Below are positions 45,836 through 56,733 of a DNA stretch of 64,000 nucleotides, in pieces. Origin of the DNA: Fistulifera solaris (Eukaryota); the NCBI GenBank assembly GCA_030295235.1, contig AP026128.1, positions 682,001 through 746,000 of the forward strand, given 5' to 3'. The translations under genes and the position numbers were made by a program. The notes under the pieces are model-generated. The model worked only from the letters and a program-made list of their open reading frames with translations, was not told the origin of the DNA and did not search any database. The first letter of the stretch is position 1. Each line of letters starts with the position of its first letter.

Positions 45836-46753
45836 ATGTCGACTTCACCGATATCTGCAGTTACTGAATCCAAAATACCCCCAACCGACGGAGATACTGT
45901 TGGTATTGATTCAGCTCTCATGTCTGCTTTGAGAGATCCTCGGGAGCGCCTGCCGCTCTTTCGTCTGGAAAAGACACTCGTCGAGTGGATGCAAGAAAGC
46001 GATGGAGAATGGATCGAAGTGGGCGGCCCCTTCAATAGTCGAATATGGAAACAAGCAGAATTTCCACCGAACGATGATATGGTACGAAACGGATCGAGTA
46101 CGTCGTTCCAGAGATGCGTTCTGCATCGCTTGGCGGATCGCTTTGGAATTATTCGCGAGCAAGGCTCGTTTGACATGATTCGATTAATTAGACTCCCCGA
46201 GAGCCGAATACCCAACGAACTATTACAAGATTTAGATCCTGCTGTCTACAGCACAGCTGAAAGTGAGGTCAAGATAAAACCTAGGAAGATGAAGATTATG
46301 AAGCGTAACAAGAACCCTGCGGATGGGCCACCGCAACCTTCGAATCAAGATGGCAATAGGGGAACGAGACAGTCTTTATCGGATAAAGAAAAGGCTTATG
46401 CTGAAGCTAGAGCCCGTATATTCCAGGAGTCAGAGTCAGAAGATTTGAGTAGCCGAGACACGACTCTTGACAGCATAACACAGGGCCTCTCCGACCTCAA
46501 CACTCATGAGATTCAGATAGAACGACAAACGTCTCGGAACAGCACAGGATCACTGAATAGCAGTACATCCAGCAACAACCCTAGCAGCAACACGAACGGC
46601 AACATCAATAAGGCTGTTTATCGAAACTATGCCGAAGAAGTAGCCGATCCTGATTTCCAAAGGTCATATATTCCAAGGGTCCCTAATTCTAATTTGATGG
46701 CGTCGGCGCCGGTATTTACACCCGGTAGCTGGCGACCTATGAATGGGAATTAA
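45836..46753 (+). CDS. R3H + SUZ domain RNA-binding protein with a C-terminal PAM2-like motif
   Basis: R3H SFQRCVLHRLADRFGI; KMKIMKR; SUZ SLSDKEKAYAEARARIF; PAM2-like SNLMASAPVFTP. Confidence 0.85.
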   Translation: MSTSPISAVTESKIPPTDGDTVGIDSALMSALRDPRERLPLFRLEKTLVEWMQESDGEWIEVGGPFNSRIWKQAEFPPNDDMVRNGSSTSFQRCVLHRLADRFGIIREQGSFDMIRLIRLPESRIPNELLQDLDPAVYSTAESEVKIKPRKMKIMKRNKNPADGPPQPSNQDGNRGTRQSLSDKEKAYAEARARIFQESESEDLSSRDTTLDSITQGLSDLNTHEIQIERQTSRNSTGSLNSSTSSNNPSSNTNGNINKAVYRNYAEEVADPDFQRSYIPRVPNSNLMASAPVFTPGSWRPMNGN

Positions 46754-46799
46754 TTTGTAAAATTTATAGATCAATTTCATCGCATTGATTTTTCAATTT

Positions 46800-47570
46800 T
46801 ATTGGAATGGTGCACTTTCTGTCGTTTTGATCAAACCACAATTTCCAGAATTTCTGGAACACGCACTCTCTTTCGTTTTATGATCCAAATACTCTGTCCA
46901 GAAATTTTGGAATGTGCATAGCATTGCGAATTGCGGTAGACTTGGGTCGAAAAGACAGGTCCAGAATTTCGGGACCACGACAGAATTTCTAGATGATAAG
47001 CAATAACGGTACCGGTAGTCCAGAAGTTCTGGATCGTGCACATTCTTTCGTTACGATCAAAAAAACAGTTCCCGCAAAATTTGGAACGCCCACTTTCTTT
47101 CGTTATGATCCAAAACACCGTCTTAAAGAATTTTTGAAACGTCCACAGCATTGCGGTAGGATCGAAAAAACTGGTCCAGAAATTCTGGACCACCACAGAA
47201 TTTCTGTATGACAATCAATAACGGTAGTCCAGAATTTCTGGAACGTGCACTTTCTTTCGATACGATCAAAAATCAGTTTCCGGAGCTTTTGACACGCGCA
47301 ATTTCTTTCGTCATGATCCAAAGACCGTCTCCAGAATTTCTGAAACGTCCACAGCATTGCGGTAGGATCGAAAAGATAGGTCCAGAATTTCTGGAGAACA
47401 ACAGAATTTCTGTGTGACAAGCAATAACGGTAGTCCAGAATTCCTGGAACGTGCACTTTCTTTCGTTACGATCATAACACAGTTCCCGGAGTATTTGGAA
47501 AGCGCACATTCATTCGTTATGATCCAAAGACCGTATCCAGAATATCTGGATCTTGCACAGCATTTTGTTA
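46800..47570. repeat. Tandem array, family B: ~210-bp unit, ~3.6 copies, built from short subunits carrying the palindrome TCCAGAAnTTCTGGA
   Basis: AATAACGGTA occurs at 47002, 47217 and 47423 (periods 215 and 206). More than 12 perfect or degenerate palindromes are present (e.g. 46844, 47019, 47175, 47228, 47381). Confidence 0.93.
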
Positions 47571-47807
47571 GGACGTCCTTGAGAGCATGCGATGCATGGG
47601 GCGGTAGCAAAATGGTCTGTCCGTATGCCGTAGAAGGAGAGAAATATTCCCCTCCTCTCATTCTTTTTCAAGTTTCAGTCCAGTCCCGAACTCCAACCTC
47701 CACAATAACGAAAAGGCGCAGTAACCAAAGTTCACTCCTTCATTTACTTATTTGCAAGGTGTTGCGTTTTTATTTGTTTGCCTTGTGCATTTATTACTTT
47801 ATTCAAC

Positions 47808-48510
47808 ATGTCAGACAACGAAGATGACACGAAAGATGAAGAGACGGAGATGATGGATATGTTGGATTTGACGTCGAAGAAAAAGAAAAAAAGCCCAAGA
47901 AGGACGGGGAGAAGGCTGCGGCCTCCACGGAAGGAACCTCCGCGGCCACGTTGAACGAACAGCAGGCTCTTCTTCAACAGCAAGATGAGGATCAGGAGAT
48001 GGACGACGGCAACGATCGGCGGGCGGACTACTCGTACGACGAGCTCCTCGATCGTGTGGTGGATTTGTTGCAAGCCAACAACCCGGATTTGGTGGAGAAG
48101 AAGCGCACTCGTATCAAACCGCCGCAGCTACAAATGATTTCGAGTCGAAAGACTCTTTGGGTCAACTATCAAGAGATCTGCAGTATGATGCAACGTGACC
48201 CTCTCCATGTTTATCAGTTCTTCATGGCCGAGCTCGGAACTGAAGGATCGATCGATGGTAACCAGCGTTTGATCATCCGCGGACGATATTTGAGCAAGTA
48301 CATCGAGTCGCTGTTGCGTAAATATGTGGTGGAGTATGTTACCTGTGAAATGTGCCGTTCGGCGAATACTGATTTGGTGAAAGACTCCGGCAGTCGTTTG
48401 TACTTTGCAATTGTCGCGACTGTGGTAGTAGCCGTTCCGTTGCCGTCATCAAGTCGGGTTACCATGCGACGAGTCGTGCGGATCGTCGTGCAGCACGAAA
48501 CAACAAGTAG
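47808..48510 (+). CDS. EIF2S2: Translation initiation factor eIF2 subunit beta; two homopolymer frameshifts (~47890, ~48405)
   Basis: Lys box DLTSKKKKK, DYSYDELLDRV, FFMAELGTEGSIDGNQRLIIRGR, and zinc ribbon EYVTCEMCRS...CRDCGSSRSVAVIKSGY. Confidence 0.92.
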
Positions 48511-49091
48511 TAAATGCTTATTAATGCAAGCCTGTGACAGCTTAAGGTGTGCGACTCTTAACTTTGTTGTTGTGTGCTATCTCCGTACGAAATACAAAAT
48601 GTGGTTGAAGGCCCGTTCTTGCTTAGCTAAGTTATCATAATCCGCCGCAATAGGTCCCCTACCATGACAATACGATATGCTTTGGTCTTACCCTCAATCG
48701 CTTGTGTTTTTTCGTTGAGCGTCCGCTATATAAAAGCACTTAAGTCGTTTTAACTTCAAACGCCGCGAGAAAACTCTAATAACAACTGCTGGCATCAATC
48801 TCTCGACTAAACGTCATTGAATCGCACCTGATCCTAGTTTAGGCGAAAGCCTTCTGCTTCTAGTTCGAACTATTGGAGTAGAAAACTAGGGCTGAGGATT
48901 GAACTGAACCATGAACGCTCAGAGGACCGAAAAGTAAAACTCGACGCAAGCCCATTTAGATTCGGATTTGATAAATAGCAAGATGAAGAGAGAGTGCATG
49001 TAAGTTGTAAATGCTGTAAAATAAGTTATGGATTAAGATCTAGCCGTTATCGTCAGGTGCAGGAGTCTTTAGCCTAAAAACGCCTCACGAC

Positions 49092-49150
49092 TAATGACTG
49101 AAATCCAGTCCTGCGAAAAAGTAATCTACAATTTGGTACTATAGTGAACC
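49092..49150 (-). repeat. Inverted, diverged copy of repeat family C
   Basis: The reverse complement GGTTCACTATAGTACCAAATTGTAGATTACTTTTTCGCAGGACTGGATTTCAGTCA aligns with 41565 GGTCACTATAGCCAAAAGTGTAGCCTCACTTTTCCACGACTGCATTTCAGTCA. Confidence 0.65.
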
Positions 49151-49296
49151 TTTGATGTGCAAAAGAAGATCGCGCATTGGATCGAAGAAAACGTTCAACA
49201 AAAATTGATGATGTATCATTGTTGCACTTCATCATCTTTCATTTATGAATCAAACAACCAATTAAAAATTTACTTTCTTCTACGGTATCAGAAAAT

Positions 49297-51156
49297 ATGA
49301 CGATATTGAGGATCATTCTTTGTGCACTACTTTGTCTTGTCGTGTTCAATTCAACTGTCGATGCTTCCGTCGAAGAATGCCCCGCGCCGAGCTCGATGTT
49401 CGAAGCAATGGATAACGACGAAAGTGACGAGAGAAGGAGGATTGCGCAACAAGAGGTCGAATGTGACTTGTACTTGGCTGAGTCAACTATTCCCGGCGCT
49501 GGGCTAGGGATATTTTCCGCTGTTGAGAAAAGACCGGGTGACAAGGTCGGGCATGGAGATGTTTGTATTCCGGTCATTGATCTGTACTGGCATAATTACA
49601 ACTTGGAACCAAACCCTCTCAAGGATTACTTCTGGGCGGGGAAAGCGATGGGAATGCACACAGAGACTGCGACGGAAGATAAGGAGGCATACTGTCCAGG
49701 ACTGGATTGTGCTATTAATTGTCACCTCGGTCTCATCAATGTGGGAAAGTCAACTCCTCAGTACGATGCCGATGCCGGTGATTCCAGTACTCCCTACCAC
49801 AATGGTACAACGGAAGTAACACGGTATATTCCAGCTGGAGGAGAGCTATTCAAATTTTACGGAGATAGTTGGTTCGTATCACGAGAACGGATCTTTGGGA
49901 AGATACCCTTGTCGGGGAGCTATGACATTGCTATGAAAATACTAAAATCCCTCAGAAGGCTCCCGTTTGACGACTCGCTTCATGAAGCCATTTTTGATTT
50001 GATTCATAAAATAAATACTGGGCCTTTTGAATCCCGACAGCTCAACGCATTTCCACCGACGTGGCAACAAGTGAAAGACGCTATGAAAATCGATGACTTG
50101 GCCAGTTGGCAGCAACCACAACACACTCGGTCCGTCGACTGGCTGAAAGACAACGGTCGATGCATCGATCACATTCGGCCGGGAAGATCAGAAATTGCTG
50201 GTCGCGGTGCCTTTGCTACTCGTTTCTTGCCAAGAGACACTATCATAACGACTTCTCCTCTTCATCACTTTCCCGACAACAACGTGATGAAACTCTATAA
50301 CATTACGCTCTACGACGGAGATTGGATACGACTTGTTGATGAGGTAGTGGGACAACAACTACTGGTAAATTATTGTTTTGGTCATCATGAGTCGACGCTC
50401 TTGCTTTGCCCCTACGGCTCTGGAGTGAACTACATCAACCACAGCCGGGAACCCAATGTCAGGATCCAATGGGCTACGACTTTCGAGGCTGCACACAATC
50501 ACGACATTGTTACCCAGGGAACGATTGAAAGTTTCAAGGATAAGAAACCAGTTGTTGCTTTCGACTACGTCGCGATTCGTGATATTCAAGAAGGCGAAGA
50601 ATTATTCATCGACTACGGCGATTCATGGCAACAGGCATGGGAGGATCACCAAAAGAATTTCAAAGTACCTGACACTTCCATGTTGGCGGTTAAATACAAC
50701 GAATTGGTTGAGGATACACCGCTTCGAACTGTAGAGGAGCAGCGGCATGACCCATATCCATCCAATCTGCAGATGCGATGTCACAAAGTGCTGGTGTATG
50801 GAAAACAGAAGAAGGGTCTAGACTTCCGTCGATACTTGTGGCAGGTTACCGATTATGGAGAATCTTGTCGCGTACTGGAACGATTCGAAGAAGAAGGCGT
50901 CATTTGGTACACAATCGAAGTGGAAGTGTGGGATGCTCGCAAAGATGAAGACAGCACGAAACGAGAAGCCGAGTTACCAGCGGATACCGTTACGCAGCTC
51001 ATCCGAACCGACGTTCCTCGGTCAGCCATTCGGTTTTTCGATATACCACAGACAACTCCGGTCTATGCCCAAGACGCTTTTCGTCATTTCATTGAAGTCC
51101 CCGACGACTTGTTTCCGAAGCAATGGCGGAACCTCGTCCAAACCAACGCTTCATGA
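49297..51156 (+). CDS. Signal-peptide-bearing tandem SET-domain protein (diatom BacSET-like)
   Basis: Signal peptide MTILRIILCALLCLVVFNSTVDA. SET1 LYLAESTIPGAGLGIF...GGELFKFYG. SET2 SEIAGRGAFATR...NYINHSREPNV...IQEGEELFIDYG. Confidence 0.8.
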   Translation: MTILRIILCALLCLVVFNSTVDASVEECPAPSSMFEAMDNDESDERRRIAQQEVECDLYLAESTIPGAGLGIFSAVEKRPGDKVGHGDVCIPVIDLYWHNYNLEPNPLKDYFWAGKAMGMHTETATEDKEAYCPGLDCAINCHLGLINVGKSTPQYDADAGDSSTPYHNGTTEVTRYIPAGGELFKFYGDSWFVSRERIFGKIPLSGSYDIAMKILKSLRRLPFDDSLHEAIFDLIHKINTGPFESRQLNAFPPTWQQVKDAMKIDDLASWQQPQHTRSVDWLKDNGRCIDHIRPGRSEIAGRGAFATRFLPRDTIITTSPLHHFPDNNVMKLYNITLYDGDWIRLVDEVVGQQLLVNYCFGHHESTLLLCPYGSGVNYINHSREPNVRIQWATTFEAAHNHDIVTQGTIESFKDKKPVVAFDYVAIRDIQEGEELFIDYGDSWQQAWEDHQKNFKVPDTSMLAVKYNELVEDTPLRTVEEQRHDPYPSNLQMRCHKVLVYGKQKKGLDFRRYLWQVTDYGESCRVLERFEEEGVIWYTIEVEVWDARKDEDSTKREAELPADTVTQLIRTDVPRSAIRFFDIPQTTPVYAQDAFRHFIEVPDDLFPKQWRNLVQTNAS

Positions 51157-51621
51157 GTACTATTCTGTCGCAGCACTTGCTGAACGCATGTAATCTGTTC
51201 GACTTGATCTAATGCCAAGAAACGTCGGTGATAGATTGGGCCACGAAACCTCCAGCCACGTTTGTCGTGGTTGCAGCGTCCACCTGCAGCTCTATATCAC
51301 ATCTCGCAGAGGCGTATTTGCTCTGAATAATCTAACAGTCTTGGAGGCGATTCTATATCATTGCACTCTAAGGTTAATGAGGACCCTAATTTAATATTAA
51401 AGTTTATGTTTTCTGTCAAGTAGATGCAATGGGCTCCGTTGCAACTTATTCATGTCCCAGGAAAAATAGCTGTGCGGTCGGATCACAACACAAAAGTGGA
51501 AACCCAGCCGTGCCGTTCAAGTGGGTGCGAGAAAGTGGCTGCAAGCATCGATGCTGAAATCTCACGGATATGATCAAGAAAAAGGCAGAAAGTGAAACGA
51601 TTGATCAAACACTGACAAATT

Positions 51622-52106
51622 TTAGAAGGGATCCCCACTGTCGACCGTCAACGCTGACAATACGCTGAGGGGAATGACTTGATCTTGTTCGATTACTTCA
51701 TCGCGTTCTTCTTCGTCTTCATCGAAGGGATCTTCCTCTTCGTGGTCTTCGCATTCGCCATTAAGATCACAAAGCAAAGGTGACTTTCCGGGCGAATTTT
51801 CTCGAAATTCTGCCCACTGCAGCAACGATGATGCTTTTCTTCGAATGGCTTCTTCCTCGTCCTTATCCTGTGTTCGTTCAACCCATTCCGTCTTCTTTTC
51901 TTCTTCTGCATAGTCGTCAGTTTCGTTCCGTTGCTGCATGACCTGACTTCGCAGACGAAGAATCTCGTTCGAAGCTAGCTCCAATTGTTTCTTCAAGGCC
52001 TCAATCTCTTTCACTTGTTCCGTATATTTCGACTGAAAAAGTTACGCTCTTCTCGCAGACAGAAGAGCTGATCTTTCAAGTCGTTGTGCTGATTGAAAAA
52101 GTTCAT
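51622..52106 (-). CDS. Small coiled-coil/acidic protein of unknown function; frameshift near 52038
   Basis: MNFFNQHNDLKDQLFCLREERNF joins FQSKYTEQVKEIEALKKQL by adding one T to a T-run. Confidence 0.6.
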
Positions 52107-52592
52107 TTTCGCAGTTGGAGTGAGTCGAGGTATCAATAAGCGAATCAACGAGCAGTCTGTTTGAATGTTATGTTACAACATTCATGGACGAGGCAGTGAA
52201 GGCATGCAATGGAGTTAAAGGTCGACCGGGCAAAATAACGATGGAATGAGAAAACGCCCACGTATCGAGCGGAGTATGAATTTCCGTTGATATCCGTTGG
52301 TCATATTATATAGGTATGTGGGACTGGACAACGGAAAATAGGCCTCGCTTTTCTTGGAATTCGCAGATCCTGAACCCCAATCGCCTCCATTTTGTCGGAC
52401 GAGAGGACAGACAAAAGAGTGGACGAAAATATAAAAAAAAGAGAGATCAGAGATCAGCGGTTGCGGTTGCGAGTTTTGCGAAGCAAAAGAGATGATGATT
52501 GATGATAGCTCTCTCTTAGGTCGTCGCTCAACATCCTCTTACTTCAAGCATCAAACACTGTAATTAGAATTATACTAAAGAGGAACAGAAGA

Positions 52593-53782
52593 ATGATACG
52601 GTTGCGTCCCTTCCAACAAAGGCTCCTGTCGACTGCGGTGGCGGTCGAGTTGCCCATCCAACACAGCCGGAAACAACTTCCCCCCGTTTGCACAGATCCG
52701 GTGCAACTTAAGGAAATGACGAGCGAAATACTTCAGGCACCGATGGGTTCTCTATTCTCTTATGACATGCAAGTCACGCAGAAAGATATCGATCGACACC
52801 GTGACGAAGCGTGGAACAAGGCCGATTTGACCGTACAAAAGTAGAATTTCTTCTGCGGGGTCACGCGGCCGGCATCGAGGGCACCATCTGGAACCGTTGG
52901 CTGGAACAAAAAGCAACTCATGATGATTCTAAACCGATGCAAAGTTTGCTGGATCGAATATGGCGAGAAGGGCAGGTGTACATGACCATACGAACGCAGC
53001 GTATGGAAGAGCTATTCGGGCAGGAAGAAGACAACGAGGAAGATTTAGAAGGTATTCACAAAAATATTGAAGAATTAGCTAGAACGGGAACGCTCGAATA
53101 CGATGGATCTAGTAGTGAAAGTGAAAGCGATAGTGATTCATCCAGTGATGAGGAGGATCCAACTGCTTCGTACGATAACGAATTTGCCTTCCCTGGACCA
53201 ACCACTGCCATGTACGAGACAGTGCTTGATTCATTGGCATGTCAGGGCCGTGTGATTCACGCCAGCTGGGATCTTTTGCAAGATGTGCTCGGAAGACATA
53301 ATCTTGATGGGGGAGATGAGTTCAATACAAATGAATTTACTCGTCCATCGGTGCTGTGCTTCAACGCTCTGATTCGAGTCGCAGCCAATCAAAAATATGA
53401 TGCTAAGAAATCAGATGTACAGGACCGCGATCATGCGCTTCTCCTGGCCTTTCAGTCATACGATGCTCTCAAGCAATGTAAACTGGTGGAAGCGAATAGT
53501 GCCACTTATTGTTATCTGCTCCAGACTGTGTCCAAATACTTTCCGCCCTCGAAAAGCCGAGGGAATATCGCGCACGGGATGTGGCATCAGGCTTGTACGC
53601 AAGGCTTGGTGGATGATTCGGTTATTCAAGCTTATTTAGATGTCAATAGCCCGAGTAATGGAAGCGAATTTGACGAGTACATCAAGAATCATTTGGAAGG
53701 AAAAACAAGAAAGTCGGTTCCACAAAAGTGGACGCAAATGAGCCGAAAGCTAAGACATGATCCCAAAGATGCTTTCTATTAG
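52593..53782 (+). CDS. Probably mitochondrial helical-repeat (PPR-like) protein; frameshift near 52830
   Basis: Presequence-like MIRLRPFQQRLLSTA. PPR-like units PTTAMYETVLDSLA, PSVLCFNALIRVAA and ANSATYCYLLQTV. Confidence 0.55.
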
Positions 53783-53899
53783 AATGTAATTGAAGGCAAT
53801 AAAGTAAATACACTAAAATTGTTTGCACTTTACTTTCACAGTATAGCGAGTATCTGCTGGATCTCCATCTTATAGCTTCTCAATGACATATTCATGTTG

Positions 53900-56733
53900 C
53901 TAGCGTTGGGTTAGACGAGTGATCAAATCTGACTTTTTCCCAGAGACCGAGAGTCCTCTCTTTCGCAGCTCATCTTTTAACTGGGCAACGGTCATGGCGG
54001 AAAAGTCTACGACTGGGCTCTCTGGTACACTTTCCTCGATCTCCCAGAATGCACCTTTTTCGCTTTCCTCAATCTCCATCAACGCTTCGTCGGACGGTTC
54101 TTCATCGGGGTCGAATCGTAATGATATTTCACGAGTTGTCCGTGCTAGTTGCTCTTGATCGATTTCGTTTTCGTCGTCTTCATAAATTTCATTTACTTCA
54201 TTCTGTCGAGAAAACTCAAACGCCTCCAAGGCGGCAATAAGATCGGCTCTTTTTCCTTTTGTGGAGAGACCTCTTGTACTTAGTTCCCCTCGTAGTTCGG
54301 CTAAACTCATTCCATACCAATCTGTTGTTTCTTCGTTTTCAGATTGCGCAAACGATTCAAACTGAGTTTCTTTTCGGCCAGCTTCTGTGAAAACCTCAGA
54401 TTCAAACATTTCTACAGCCGCCCGGGCTGCTGCTGCAAGCGCCTCTTCGTCAAACTCGTCGTCAAGATCCGGATATGTCTGATCAGATAGCACATCAAAC
54501 ATATCCTTTGATTCTTCAAGTGGCGTGATTTCTTCATCGTTGTCGACATCCATATCATTTTCATCAAACAAATCAATACTATACATCTCCACAGCTGCTC
54601 TAGCAGCTGCAGCAATGTCGTCCTCGAAGCTATTCACTTCAGTGTTCTCCGCCCATAGTTCCTCATCGCTGAGTGAATCTGTTGAGCTTAAAGAAGCAAA
54701 GGATTCAAGTCTAGCGATAAGCTCAGATTTTTTCCCTGCTGTAGCCAGTCCTCTGCGGTTTAATTCTTCTTTTAGCTGAACCACAGTAAGTTTTGCCCAT
54801 TCTGCTCCCCCCTGCAACTATCTCATCCTCTGCATTGCCCTCGTTCACCATAATTCCTTCTCCTTGGACGTCAGATTCCTCCAATCTCGTCACAAGATCA
54901 GCCTTTTACCGCGAATAGGAAGACCGCGAATTGAGCATTCTTCGCGAAGCTTTGCTACCGTCATCTTCATGTAGTTGGAGCCGACCTCCGCAGTTATGTC
55001 ATTTGTCATTTGAGAGTTCCACTCGCTGCGTGTTGCAAGTTTCTCTTTTGTCATTTCATCCTGTAGCTCTTCGTAACTGTCAACGGCGGCTCGTGCCGCG
55101 GCCGCAAGGTCCTCGATGTCCAGTTCATCCTCGTCATCATCCATGACATCAGACAACGAAGATGCTAGTTTCTCCGCGGCATTCCATTCCGCTTTCTCGT
55201 CCTCGTCCGCCATTGCTTCCGCTAAGTTAGCTATTTTCGCTTCTAAGCTCTGTTGCGCTGCACGAATTGAAGCCTGCCAATCATCGTCGCTAAAATCATC
55301 ATCAAAAGCGCGTCCTCATCTTCTTCAAGAAGCGCCGCTTCCCTTGCTTCCTGTTCCGCGATTAATGCATCTTCAGCTAGCTTCTTCTTCGCACGTGCGA
55401 TCTCTGCCAATCGCGCTTCTTCCACAAGACGGGCTTCTTCGGCCACTCTCTCCTGCTCAATTCGTGCCTCTTCCGCTAATCGCGCTTCTTCCGCTATGCG
55501 TTCCCGTTCGACACGCGCTTTTTTCTGCTCGTTGAGCCTCTTCTGCGGCTCTCTCCTCTTCCATTCGTGCCTCTTCTGCCATCCGTGCTTCTTCTGCAAT
55601 GCGCGCCTGCTCAATACGAGCTTGTTGCGCGATTCTCGCCTGTTCAGCACGAGCTTCTTCTGCTAGTCGCGCTTCTTCTGCAAGTCTTTCCTTTTCGATT
55701 CGGGCCTCATCCGCCAAACGAGCCTCTTCGGCTATTCTTTCCTCCTCTAGTCGCTTTTCCTCGGCAATTCTCGCCACCTCCTCTAATCGAGCTATCTCAA
55801 TACGCTTGGCTTCTTCTAATCGAGCAGCCTCTAGCGCAAATCTTTGTTTATCCAGCGCTTCATAACGGAATCGTGCTTCCATGAGGGATCTAGATGCTAA
55901 TTCTGCTTTCCTCTGAGCAGCTTTCAACGCTGCTTTTTGTTTATCACGAGTTTCGTAGCGAAAGCGGGCTTCCATCAGCCATCTCGCTGTTAACTCCACT
56001 TTTGCCGACGGCGCAATTCCTGTTCTTTTGCTTCGGCTTCCATCCGTCTTTCTCTTTGTAATCTTCTTTGCTCCGTAATGGCAGAAATCGCAGCTGGGAG
56101 TACGGATTTATCCATCTTGAAAAGCAAATCAGATGTAGCTTTTGCAGCATCAAAACTAAGACTTCCCAGTAAACGAATGACATTTCCCGCCGCGCCTGGT
56201 AAAATTGCTGCCACGGCTCCTCCTACGCTGGCGACACCGGCTGTGACGATCCCTTTCCCTCCAATGGCTCCCAATATAGCTGCCGCCAAAGCTGCGCCCT
56301 GGATTGTTTTCGCCGGAACTCCTTTTTCAAAATCCGTGGCGGCGAGACTTTTGATCCACTCCCCAAATTGTGTCACGACGGTGCGGGCATCATCTTCCTC
56401 GAGTCGCGCCACCAACGTTTCTTTCGGGCCATCCGTGGGCAAATCTCGACTGGAAAGCTCTTCGCGCAAACTGCGTTCGGTAAAATCTTCCCATTTCAAT
56501 TCGTATGTCTCGCGCTCTTGAATGAAAAATAGTTTGTCGGGTGGCGTCTCGGGCGGGGACGGTTTTCGCCGAGGGTCTGACGCGGGAGGCCGCGGAGAAA
56601 ACCGGCCTTGTGGGTCACTGCGCAACGGCGTACGTCTCGGAGGACGATATAATTGGCTTTGTCGATTTTGAAACGCAGCTGTATTTGATATTAGTAGCCA
56701 ACACACGGTGGCGAATTGAATGAAAGTTCTCAT
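53900..56733 (-). CDS. Plastid-targeted multi-SAP-domain protein with a hydrophobic segment and an (E/A/R)-rich coiled coil; about five frameshifts
   Basis: Signal peptide + TAA-FQ. Five SAP-like motifs (e.g. LTVVQLKEELNRRGLATAGKKSELIARL and MTVAQLKDELRKRGLSVSGKKSDLITRL). AEEARL repeats. Five abutting same-strand ORFs. Confidence 0.7.

Noticed and set aside
46800..47570. CRISPR array
   Set aside because: The spacers repeat with a ~210-bp period, the palindromes are degenerate, there are no cas genes, and the context is eukaryotic.
9236..48510. Functional cluster of RNA and ribosome-biogenesis genes (UTP10, SmF, MAK5, second helicase, eIF2-beta)
   Set aside because: These genes are interspersed with unrelated genes and belong to a large functional class; enrichment cannot be shown from one window.
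48824..48940. Hammerhead ribozyme or TPP riboswitch (CTGAGGA...GAAA; GCTGAG...TTGAACTGA)
   Set aside because: No convincing stem II or stem III pairing for a hammerhead, and the P2 and P4/P5 elements of TPP are missing. Kept only as an unassigned structure.
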